Origin: an uncultured Candidatus Saccharibacteria bacterium
GTDB lineage: Bacteria; Patescibacteriota; UBA1384; XYA2-FULL-43-10; 1-14-0-10-43-13
Length of the DNA: 64,000 bases
Assembly: GCA_964529405.1 (NCBI GenBank)
Contig: CAZGWE010000003.1
Span: 17,192-81,191 of the forward strand
Direction: 5' to 3'
The notes beneath the pieces are model-generated. The model was given only the letters and a program-made list of their open reading frames with translations, did no database searches and was not told the origin of the DNA. Shown in pieces: positions 38,383 through 46,364 of the stretch (the stretch's first letter is position 1; each line of letters starts with the position of its first letter). Position numbers and translations under genes: made by a program.

Positions 38383-38652
38383 ATGCTAAATATGACCAGC
38401 AGAGAAAGCGAAGAGACAACCAAAAAAGATAACGCCCGATGGCTGGTCAAGGTTGACCAGGAGTTGTGCGCCGGATGCGGAACTTGCACTTATTATGCCA
38501 AAAAAATCTTCGGCCTCAGCGACGACGGAGTAGCGACAGTTAAAAAAAACACCCAGGCAAACGACTTGCAAGCAGTCATTAAAGCAGCCGAGAACTGTCC
38601 CAACGGCGCTATCATCATCGAGGATACCCAAACCGGTAAGAGCTATTCATAA
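38383..38652 (+). CDS. small single-cluster [Fe-S] ferredoxin
   Basis: CAGCGTC ... CP motif; 89 aa. Confidence 0.6.
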   Translation: MLNMTSRESEETTKKDNARWLVKVDQELCAGCGTCTYYAKKIFGLSDDGVATVKKNTQANDLQAVIKAAENCPNGAIIIEDTQTGKSYS

Positions 38653-38680
38653 AGCATAAAGCAAAAGATAGCTACCAAAC

Positions 38681-38722
38681 AAAAGAATAGCCCTGCCAAA
38701 CGGCGGGCTATTCTTTTTTAAT
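38681..38722. terminator. bidirectional rho-independent terminator between convergent ferredoxin and sod genes
   Basis: GAATAGCCCTGCC-AAAC-GGCGGGCTATTC stem-loop followed by TTTTTT on + strand and A-run on the other side. Confidence 0.6.
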
Positions 38723-38740
38723 TTTTGTTTTGTTGAAGAG

Positions 38741-39388
38741 TTACTCCTCGTACAGTTTTTCAACCTGTGGCCAGTTGACCACATTCCAGAAATTCTTGAT
38801 ATATTCGGCTCTGCGGTTTTGATATTTTAGGTAGTAGGCGTGCTCCCAAACGTCAATCAATAGTAACGGCGTGTCTCCTTGCGAAAGCGGACTATCCTGG
38901 TTGGGCAGAGAGTAAACTTTGAGTTTTCCATTTCTATCCTTAACAAACCAGGCCCAACCGCTACCAAAGTGATCGACGGCTTTTTGGCTCATCTCTTCCT
39001 TAAACTGGTCAAACCCGCCAAATGTTTCGCGGATCGCTTCTAAAAGTTTTCCGCCCGGTTCTCCCCCGCCGGTGCTTCCTTTTACTGTTGTCATGATCGG
39101 CCAAAACACGGAGTGGTTTAGATGTCCTCCGCCCTGGTTCTTTACAGAATCACGGATATCTTCCGGAACCTGCCGAAGGTCCTTCAACAGTTCCTCGACC
39201 GGTTTTTTATAAAGCTCAGGATATTTTTCCAAGGCGGCATTCAGTTTATCAACGTAAGCCTTGTGATGCTTATCATGGTGAACCCTCATCGTTTCTTCGT
39301 CGATATAGGGTAATAGTGCATCATAAGGATAGGGCAAATCTGGTAGCTTGTGTTCGTTCCGCTTTGCAGCGGAGTCGATTTGATTCAT
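38741..39388 (-). CDS. sod: Fe/Mn superoxide dismutase
   Basis: LPYPYDAL, HHDKHH, DVWEHAYYL motifs. Confidence 0.9.
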   Translation of the reverse strand: MNQIDSAAKRNEHKLPDLPYPYDALLPYIDEETMRVHHDKHHKAYVDKLNAALEKYPELYKKPVEELLKDLRQVPEDIRDSVKNQGGGHLNHSVFWPIMTTVKGSTGGGEPGGKLLEAIRETFGGFDQFKEEMSQKAVDHFGSGWAWFVKDRNGKLKVYSLPNQDSPLSQGDTPLLLIDVWEHAYYLKYQNRRAEYIKNFWNVVNWPQVEKLYEE

Positions 39389-39524
39389 ACATCCTCCTCT
39401 CCTCCTTGGTTAATTTAAGGTTTGCGCCTTAGATATCCTGCAGCTTAACAAAGGCAATCGGTTGCCAATCATGCAGTTTTCGACTTAGCATTTATCAGTG
39501 ATCGAGATTCAATCACTGATAGAG

Positions 39525-40136
39525 CTAGATTTTCCCGACCAAATCCATTCCCGTCTTCAAAGCGTCCTCTCCCGGATGCCAGTTGGCCGGACAGGCTTCC
39601 GCGCCGCCGTGCTCCCGCACAAATTTGGCCGCTTGGAGCTTGCGCAATAATTCTGAGGTATTCCGGCCAATGTTGTTGTCATTGACTTCATAAGACCGGA
39701 TAATGCCCTCCGGGTCAACAATAAAGCTACCACGCAAATCAATGCCCTCACCATCAAGATAAACGCCCAATTTTCTGGATAACGCGGCAGCAGGATCGGC
39801 AACCATGGGAAATTCAATTTTTTTAATTGCCGGAGAAGCGTCATGCCAGGCTTTATGAACATAAACCGTATCGGTACTGATGCTCAAAATCTCTGCTCCC
39901 TCTTTTTTAAATTTGTCGTAGTGCGCGGCTGCGTCTGTAAGTTCCGTTGGGCAAACAAAAGTGAAATCGGCGGGATAAAAAACTAAAACCAGCCATTTGC
40001 CCTTATAACTGGAAAGTTTGATCCTTCGTTGCTTCCCGGCCTGATAGGCCTCCAATTCGATGTCGGGAATTTTTTTACCGACCAGCGGAACCGGCTGTTC
40101 GTTAAATTCCTCAAAGCCGTAATCCTCTTCTGCCAT
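39525..40136 (-). CDS. peroxiredoxin (AhpC/TSA family)
   Basis: FYPADFTFVCPTE peroxidatic Cys motif; start taken at MAEEDY. Confidence 0.85.
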   Translation of the reverse strand: MAEEDYGFEEFNEQPVPLVGKKIPDIELEAYQAGKQRRIKLSSYKGKWLVLVFYPADFTFVCPTELTDAAAHYDKFKKEGAEILSISTDTVYVHKAWHDASPAIKKIEFPMVADPAAALSRKLGVYLDGEGIDLRGSFIVDPEGIIRSYEVNDNNIGRNTSELLRKLQAAKFVREHGGAEACPANWHPGEDALKTGMDLVGKI

Positions 40137-40236
40137 CGTGACCTCCCGTTTCATTTTAGAAAGAAATGTTTCAAGCGTACTTATTTATTTCACCTACAAA
40201 TTAACACTTTTAATATTAATAAACATTGTGATTTTT

Positions 40237-40455
40237 TTAATGGGCAAAAACCATCTCTGCGTCTGCAAAGCCGCTTAAAAGTTCAAACTCGGCCCGATCG
40301 GTGCCGCACACGGGACACGACCAGCCTTTATGAATTCCGTCAAAGGGAGTACCGGGAAAAACAAAGTTTTTAGGGTCCCCGTCCCTTGGATCATAAATAT
40401 AACCGCAAGGCCCGCAAATATACTCGGGAAAACCCGCTCGCTTTAAAACTTCCAT
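40237..40455 (-). CDS. rubredoxin
   Basis: CGPCGYIYDP ... WSCPVCG two CxxCG knuckles. Confidence 0.8.
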   Translation of the reverse strand: MEVLKRAGFPEYICGPCGYIYDPRDGDPKNFVFPGTPFDGIHKGWSCPVCGTDRAEFELLSGFADAEMVFAH

Positions 40456-40582
40456 AATCTCCTTTCTTGGGACCTGCACCCCCCGCACACATAAATTCCC
40501 GAATTTGGGCTGTGCTCCAGAAAGGCATCCAGCACCACGATTCCCCGCCCGGGGAATTTACGGCGCTTTTTCCGCAATCCTG

Positions 40583-41041
40583 TCATTGGGATTTAACGGT
40601 ACTGCCAGCTTGGGTCTTTTTGCTAATCTTTTTTTTCTTATTCTCTACGCACTTCTGGCACAAACCATAAACATTGCATTCGATCTGGTCAATCTGTCCC
40701 AGATAACCAAGCTGTTCGGCAATCGCTCCGCCAACTTGCCAGATGTCATGGACAAAAGAACAATGACGGCAAATAAAGTGGTAGTGGCATTTATTATTTC
40801 CATCAAAACGACACTTGCCTTCACCCATATTCAATTGGATAATAAAACCGTTGGCAACCAAATACTTAAGATTGCGATAGACCGTGCCCAAACTGATAGT
40901 CGGCAGGCTTTTTTTGATTTTGTCGTAAACCTCTTCTGCCGTAGGGTGGTGGTCCGCGCCGCGCAAATGTTCAAGTATTAACAAGCGCTGGCTGGTCAAA
41001 CGGTCACCTTGTGCTTTGATCTTTGCTTTTATTTTGTCCAT
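40583..41041 (-). CDS. Fur-family metalloregulator (PerR-like by context)
   Basis: LTSQRLLILEHL, HPTAEEVY, HYHFICRHC ... CQKC motifs. Confidence 0.75.
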   Translation of the reverse strand: MDKIKAKIKAQGDRLTSQRLLILEHLRGADHHPTAEEVYDKIKKSLPTISLGTVYRNLKYLVANGFIIQLNMGEGKCRFDGNNKCHYHFICRHCSFVHDIWQVGGAIAEQLGYLGQIDQIECNVYGLCQKCVENKKKKISKKTQAGSTVKSQ

Positions 41042-41158
41042 CTCGATTAACCAAATTAATGTTACCTCTCCGAACTATTAACTCCCGTCCTAATATTTAG
41101 CGCCTAACAATAACCGATGCGTAATAATAATGAATGGGTATTGATAGTCAGAAACTAA

Positions 41159-41181
41159 TGATAAGATAGCGCTATCAATAA
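41159..41181. promoter_or_regulatory. candidate Fur/PerR-type operator upstream of the first fur-family gene
   Basis: TGATAAGATAGCGCTATCAATAA has a perfect 12-nt palindromic core GATAGCGCTATC (41165-41176) with flanking TGATA/AATAA arms. It lies ~120 nt upstream of the minus-strand start at 41041. Confidence 0.3.
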
Positions 41182-41263
41182 CAACTGTCAATAACCCGCT
41201 GTGGATAAGTCATTTTTTTGGAAGAAATGGCAATATCGGGACATTCCTCGCAATCTGTCAGGC

Positions 41264-41303
41264 AACAAAAAAACGGGGAAACCGGTATATGCCGTGCCCG
41301 TTT
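41264..41303 (-). terminator. rho-independent terminator downstream of second rubredoxin
   Basis: Minus-strand AAACGGG-loop-CCCGTTT stem followed by TTTTTGTT. Confidence 0.5.
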
Positions 41304-41345
41304 ATGGCTATCGAATGTAGTTATTAGACAGGCTCTAAGAGAATG

Positions 41346-41579
41346 CTATCCTTCCACTTTTGATCCCTCTAAACCGGTAGTGTTTTGATAGTACTCGTTT
41401 TCAGGCTCAAATTCTGCTTTTGTCACGCCGCACAACGGACACAACCAGTCGTCTGGAATATCCTCGAATGCTGTGCCAGCTGGAATGCCGCCCTCCGGGT
41501 CCCCCTCGGCCGGATCATAAACATAACCGCAGGGCGGACATAAATAACGCTTTGAAGTTTTGTCCTTAGATATAATCAT
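41346..41579 (-). CDS. rubredoxin (with C-terminal extension)
   Basis: [10 protein letters not shown] ... WLCPLCG motifs. Confidence 0.8.
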   Translation of the reverse strand: MIISKDKTSKRYLCPPCGYVYDPAEGDPEGGIPAGTAFEDIPDDWLCPLCGVTKAEFEPENEYYQNTTGLEGSKVEG

Positions 41580-41773
41580 TCTCTCTAAAAAGTTAAGCTG
41601 ATTAATTACAGTTTAAAATCCTAATTGCTAATTTCTAAATCTCTTCGAGAGCCTGAGGACTCCTCAGAGCCTCGAACGGCCTAAACAGATTCTAATGTTC
41701 AAATGTCAAAACGTTTTGAGATTATTTTTTGCATTTTGATATTCTTTAGGATTTAGGATTTCGTGCTTAGGAT

Positions 41774-41813
41774 TTATTGGTATTTGCAACACATGTGTTG
41801 CAAATACCAATAA
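41774..41813. repeat. perfect 40-bp palindrome TTATTGGTATTTGCAACACATGTGTTGCAAATACCAATAA
   Basis: Read directly; centre between 41793/41794. It extends to 42 bp with one flanking pair and overlaps the stop codon and last 13 codons of the Fur paralogue. Confidence 0.9.
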
Positions 41814-42223
41814 ACATAGTACTCAACCTGCTTGATTTTGCCCATACTTTTCAGATCTTTGGCAATGCGGCGGCTGGCCTGCCAGATGTCGTAAATCTTA
41901 ACGCACTCAGTGCAGATGAAGTGCCCGTGATACTGAGTGTTGGCATCATATCGGCTCTTGCCGTCATTTGCCACCACTTGGATAATAAAGCCATTATCAA
42001 CCGAATATTTTAAATTGCGATAGACGGTTGAAATATTGATTTTAGGTAAATCCTTTTTAACTGCCTCGAATATGTCCTCTGCCGTCGGATGGTTGCTAAC
42101 ACTCCGCAGATATTGAAGTATCAAGGTACGCTGTTTGGTCAAACGATTTCCGGTATTGTTGACGATCTCTTTGATATCCAAGACATCGTCTGCACACATT
42201 TCTTCCACCATATTTACCCTCAC
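41774..42223 (-). CDS. Fur-family metalloregulator paralogue (PerR/Fur-like), atypical C-terminus
   Basis: LTKQRTLILQYL, HPTAEDIF, HGHFICTEC motifs. The last 13 codons are encoded by a perfect palindrome, and the second CxxC pair is replaced by MCC. Confidence 0.7.
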   Translation of the reverse strand: MRVNMVEEMCADDVLDIKEIVNNTGNRLTKQRTLILQYLRSVSNHPTAEDIFEAVKKDLPKINISTVYRNLKYSVDNGFIIQVVANDGKSRYDANTQYHGHFICTECVKIYDIWQASRRIAKDLKSMGKIKQVEYYVYWYLQHMCCKYQ

Positions 42224-42615
42224 TATTGCTATTAAGTTGCATTAACAATGCACCGCTTATTGCAAATTAGTGTCAATAATTAATCAGTGGATAACTTACT
42301 TACCAGACAGAACGTAAACCTGGACAGTATTTTTTTCAAAATAATGGTTAGTATGGAAAAGTTGTCTCTTGGCTGGAGCTTGCGCTGTCCTCGCCCCCGT
42401 TCTGATTAGCTATGGCAAAGTAGTAAATTAAAGCATAAATCAACCCGCCGATGATTACATAAAGCAGAATCCACTGCCAAAGCGGACGCTTCCCATAGCC
42501 TCGATTTTTATTGTCTTCTTCTTGATAATTTTCAGATATTTGTACTCCTTTTGCCTTTTATAGCTCAAATGCAAATACAATCAAATGCCGCTAATCAATG
42601 ATTAACAGCAATTCT

Positions 42616-42705
42616 TGGCGGAGAGGGTGGGATTTGAACCCACGAGGAGCTTGCACCCCTGGCTGTTTTCAAGACAGCTGCACTAGACCGCTATGCGACC
42701 TCTCC
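42616..42705 (-). tRNA. tRNA-Ser (anticodon UGA)
   Basis: On the minus strand this folds as a cloverleaf. The acceptor stem is GGAGAGG/CCUCUCC, the D-stem has 3 bp, and the anticodon stem GCUGU/ACAGC carries the loop CUUGAAA. There is a long variable arm, a T-arm GUGGG-UUCAAAU-CCCAC, and the 3' CCA is encoded. Confidence 0.85.
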
Positions 42706-43112
42706 AGATCTATCAAATTCTAACATTTTTGAGCTCATTTTACAACCTTGAAGCGCATAGTAAAACATAATATGATGGAGAAGAAAATGAAGTTAACCAG
42801 CTAACAACTTGATCGATTGTCAGATATTTTAAGTAACCTTAGTTTGATTTTCTTTGCTTCGTTAGTTGTACCACTTCTCATTGATTCTGGTGATAAAATT
42901 TCGATTATTAAATTTTTGTTTGGACTACTAATTAGTATCTACTTCTGGACAATAAGCCTGATCTTTGTCAAAAGGAGTAAAAATGGATAATTTAATTCTT
43001 TTCTATTTAACCGGCGCCATCCTTTTGCTGATAACAATATTATTATTTTGGCCATATATTCACGGCCGAAGCGAAGATTCAAAAAAAAACAGATAAAAAG
43101 AAAAAGAGATAG

Positions 43113-43862
43113 ATGCCCATTCCACAGTTCAATGAAAAATTTAATTCAGAGAACTCGATAAAAGCCTTGGAGATGTTACTCAATAACAACAAAGTCTCCG
43201 ATATTTCTGAACTGCCAAAAGCACCAACAAACTGTATTTTTAGTCCTCTAACCAAGATTAGGCCAGCTATCGAAGAAAAAGTTGGGCTTAAAAGAGGTCC
43301 GGGCATTATCGAACCAATTCTAATTTCGGATAATATCGCTACCTACTGCAACTTTGTCGGTTTTGGGGCGCCAATGTGGTCTTGGATCTTTGAGCAACTA
43401 ATCGCTTATGGCATCAAAAATTTTATCTATGTTGGCGTCTTCGGCAAAGTTAATTCAAAATACGACAATGAATCGATTTACGTTGTAGAAAAAGCCTTGA
43501 GAGACGAGGGTGTCTCTTATCACTATTTGAAAGATGATGATAAGTGGTCGTACCCAAATAATGAACTAACCCAAAAACTGATCAATAATGGAGCCAAGCC
43601 AATTTCAATATGGACCACTGACTGCATGTTTAGGCAGACCTTTGCTGAAATTGATTATGCTTGCCAAAATGATATTGCCGGCTTTGAGATGGAGTGCTCC
43701 GCCCTCTTCGCTGTCGCCAAGGAAAAAGGCGTCAAAATCGCTTCTCTGCAAGTTGTCAGCGATTACTATTTGGATGACAAACACACTTCGATTTTTAACA
43801 CAGAACCATGCATTAACAATCTCAACAAAGCAATCGAATTAGCTCTCAAAGTATTGCGATAG
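43113..43862 (+). CDS. PNP/UDP-family (phosphorylase family 1) nucleoside phosphorylase/nucleosidase-like protein with atypical N-terminus
   Basis: The C-terminal GFEMECSALFAVAKEKGVKIASLQVVSDYY block matches the EME...SD motif region of the PNP/UDP/MTAN family. The N-terminal ~100 aa do not show the usual phosphate-binding start. Confidence 0.5.
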   Translation: MPIPQFNEKFNSENSIKALEMLLNNNKVSDISELPKAPTNCIFSPLTKIRPAIEEKVGLKRGPGIIEPILISDNIATYCNFVGFGAPMWSWIFEQLIAYGIKNFIYVGVFGKVNSKYDNESIYVVEKALRDEGVSYHYLKDDDKWSYPNNELTQKLINNGAKPISIWTTDCMFRQTFAEIDYACQNDIAGFEMECSALFAVAKEKGVKIASLQVVSDYYLDDKHTSIFNTEPCINNLNKAIELALKVLR

Positions 43863-44012
43863 TTTGGTCTCTAACTTTCGGAAGAATGTGTCGATCGACG
43901 TAAATCTCCGAAACAAAAAATATTTTTTGTCAGATTCTTTGTTTAATTTAAGATTTATAGGCTTGCCATCGCCAACATTGACAGCCAGTAACCGTAGCAG
44001 TACCATTGAATC

Positions 44013-44462
44013 ATGAAGAAAGAAATAACAAACAATGACATAATTGCGGCAATAGAAAAAATCGATCACAAGGTTGATCAAGTTAAGGGCGAGCTAAAAA
44101 GTGACATAATTGCGGCAACAAAAAAGACGGATGACAAAGTCGATCAGGTTAGAGGTGAGCTCAAACAGGACATCACTGATATCAAAGCGTCGCTAGCGAG
44201 TTCAACCGATACTCTCAAGTTGGACATTACCGATATTAAAAAGGGATTTACAGATCTGGCTCAAACTGCCATCAACAGTTTTACTCACATTGAAAGACGG
44301 CTTGAAAAAGTAGAAACCAACACGACATGGATGCGAAATATCTTAGAGCAAAACACCGGAACATTACTGCGCTTGGACCAAGAGCGTCTTTTTACCATCA
44401 ACCATGTCAATCGGTTGGAAAACGAAATTAAACAAATCAAAGCCCAATTAAAGATCTCTTAG
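44013..44462 (+). CDS. coiled-coil protein with internal tandem 22-23-aa repeats
   Basis: DIIAAIEKIDHKVDQVKGELKSD / DIIAATKKTDDKVDQVRGELKQD / DITDIKASL... heptad-like repeats; corresponding ~66-bp DNA tandem repeat at 44037-44171. Confidence 0.4.
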   Translation: MKKEITNNDIIAAIEKIDHKVDQVKGELKSDIIAATKKTDDKVDQVRGELKQDITDIKASLASSTDTLKLDITDIKKGFTDLAQTAINSFTHIERRLEKVETNTTWMRNILEQNTGTLLRLDQERLFTINHVNRLENEIKQIKAQLKIS

Positions 44463-44464
44463 AG

Positions 44465-44935
44465 ATGAAACGTTTTGAAATCTATGGCTTTGCTTTTCAG
44501 AAAAGCAATATTAGTTCAATTACTCTCTATCAATTAAAGAACATTGATTGTTGCTATCTGGTTTGGGGCACGAGTTCGATCGAGACTTATCTCGATTTTT
44601 TGTTGCAGCATCAACCTGCGCATATCTTAGGGCTCGGAGCTTATACCGGCAAAGATCAAGACAAAATTCGCATCGAGCAAACTTGCACCAATAAGTTTCG
44701 TAATGGTTTTATCGAGGGTAATTCACTCGAGACCATTCAAATTAATCCCTATCTTAAATCCAATCCGACATCAAAGTTTGCCAAAGGCATCGGCAACTCT
44801 TACTGCAACTATATATCTTATCGAATCACAAAATTGATCGAGACCGGTGAACTAAAATCTCGATACACTTTCTTGCACCTGCCAAAATCTTTCAACCTGT
44901 ATCTAGCAGTTCAAAGCATTGATCAAATGATCTAG
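44465..44935 (+). CDS. pyrrolidone-carboxylate peptidase-like (peptidase C15-like) protein
   Basis: GIGNSYCNYISY resembles the catalytic-Cys block (G.S.xAGxYxCN) of Pcp; 156 aa is short for the family. Confidence 0.4.
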   Translation: MKRFEIYGFAFQKSNISSITLYQLKNIDCCYLVWGTSSIETYLDFLLQHQPAHILGLGAYTGKDQDKIRIEQTCTNKFRNGFIEGNSLETIQINPYLKSNPTSKFAKGIGNSYCNYISYRITKLIETGELKSRYTFLHLPKSFNLYLAVQSIDQMI

Positions 44936-44968
44936 AATTTCGTCGATCGACGAGAATCGGTGAATAAA

Positions 44969-45682
44969 TTATCCCCTAGCTACCACCACTCCCCAAACCT
45001 TCTTAGCACCCGCTTCTTTTAACACCTTGGCGCACTCGTTTAGAGTCGAAAGAGTTGTAGCCACGTCGTCAACCAATAAAATCGTTTTGCCTTCAATAGA
45101 TTCAGCATCGGCAATTCTAAAAGCATCAGTGATGTTGGTCCGGCGTTTGGTACCAGAGAGCTTGGCCTGTGGATCAGTATATCTGGTTCTCTCCAGCGCC
45201 AGACTGCCATGAAGCTCCAGTTCATTCGAAAGATAGCGAGCCAGTAATTCAGCTTGGTTAAAGCCTCTCTCCTTCTCCTTTCGGGGATGCAGCGGCACCG
45301 GCACAACCCACAACAGATCGCCCCGGGGTAGTTTGTATCTTAATCTCTGACAAATTAATTCACCCAGCATCGGCGCCAGTTCCGCTAATCCGCCATACTT
45401 GAGTTCGTGAATCATCTCCTTGGTCGGACCCTGATCATAACGGGCTGAGACGATTAATCCGTCGAGCGATAAATTAAGGCGGCGCTTGCAATTTTGGCAA
45501 AATTCACCATAGCGGTTTATTCGTCCGCACTCCGGACAGGTTGGTGTTTGGATCCTTTCGATCCGGCCGGCGCAATCAAAACAGAGATAAACTCCCTCCA
45601 AGCCGCAACCGACACAGACTTTAGGAAAAAAGATGTCGAGAAAAAGATCCTTGGTTTGTGTTAATAAAGTCTTGGATTGCAT
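44969..45682 (-). CDS. comF: ComF-family protein (phosphoribosyltransferase domain with N-terminal Cys4 zinc finger)
   Basis: CVGCG ... CFDC ... CPECG Cys clusters plus C-terminal ILLVDDVATTLSTL PRTase motif. Confidence 0.75.
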   Translation of the reverse strand: MQSKTLLTQTKDLFLDIFFPKVCVGCGLEGVYLCFDCAGRIERIQTPTCPECGRINRYGEFCQNCKRRLNLSLDGLIVSARYDQGPTKEMIHELKYGGLAELAPMLGELICQRLRYKLPRGDLLWVVPVPLHPRKEKERGFNQAELLARYLSNELELHGSLALERTRYTDPQAKLSGTKRRTNITDAFRIADAESIEGKTILLVDDVATTLSTLNECAKVLKEAGAKKVWGVVVARG

Positions 45683-45708
45683 AATAATCTATTCGTTCAT
45701 CGTTTAAT

Positions 45709-45802
45709 GGTTACGAAGCCAGTATCGTCAAAAGTCTGTCGGTCACGGCCTAAGAAACCAAAAGACATAACCGCTCAACGATACCGGCTTCGTTACCGTA
45801 AC
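45709..45802. repeat. MITE-like repeat, copy C (comF-hsp20 intergenic)
   Basis: GGTTACGAAGCC ... GATACCGGCTTCGTTACCGTAACC. The 3' end is an inverted copy of the 5' end (TIR GGTTACGAAGCC / GGCTTCG-TTACC-GTAACC). Confidence 0.65.
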
Positions 45803-45878
45803 CGTTTTACATTGTACTTCCAATTCTTTATTGACTATTATCCAGTAATTTAACTATAATGGATATAGTACACAAAGC

Positions 45879-46346
45879 ATGAAGCGCAGAACAACGCGAC
45901 AGGTATCCGAATGTTTCATGTTCCATGAATATAAAGGAGGGACGGTGCAAGAGGGAAATTTGCACGACGACTGGCTCTCTGAGACATCAGAGGGTGAACT
46001 TGCTATAGATGTTTGCCATGATGCGCACAACATCTATATTCTTGCACCTGTCGCTGGTGTCAAGGCTTCTGATGTTGACGTTTCCATTACCGACGAAGTT
46101 GTTACTATTCGCGGCCAACGCAAACCAAACCATGACGTCCCGGAGGAAAAGCACTTCACTCAAGAGTGCTACTGGGGACTTTTTTCTCGCTCCTATGTTT
46201 TGCCCATGGCCGTTAACTCCGAGGAAGCTAAGGCAACCCTTAAGGATGGCCTATTAAAAATTGTCATTCCAAAAGATGCCAAGGTTAAAACAAAAGTTCT
46301 AGAGATCATGGAAGAAGAACCAACATCCCTAATCAAAGAAAAATAA
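45879..46346 (+). CDS. Hsp20/alpha-crystallin family small heat-shock protein
   Basis: AIDVCHDAHNIYILAPVAGV ... VSITDEVVTIRGQRK ... LKDGLLKIVIPK alpha-crystallin domain; start may be internal Met at 45921. Confidence 0.7.
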   Translation: MKRRTTRQVSECFMFHEYKGGTVQEGNLHDDWLSETSEGELAIDVCHDAHNIYILAPVAGVKASDVDVSITDEVVTIRGQRKPNHDVPEEKHFTQECYWGLFSRSYVLPMAVNSEEAKATLKDGLLKIVIPKDAKVKTKVLEIMEEEPTSLIKEK

Positions 46347-46364
46347 TTGTTATGGAATTTTGCA

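Noticed and set aside
41199-41207. DnaA-box-like CTGTGGATAAG upstream of fur-family gene 1
   Set aside because: Single isolated 9-mer far from dnaA; the expected origin is the dnaA-dnaN spacer; probably chance.
42361-42545. Minus-strand 56-codon hydrophobic ORF (…RPLWQWILLYVIIGGLIYALIYYFAIANQ…) between fur-2 and tRNA-Ser
   Set aside because: There is no ATG/GTG/TTG start in frame before the hydrophobic segment. It may be a remnant or a non-canonical start, so it is not called.
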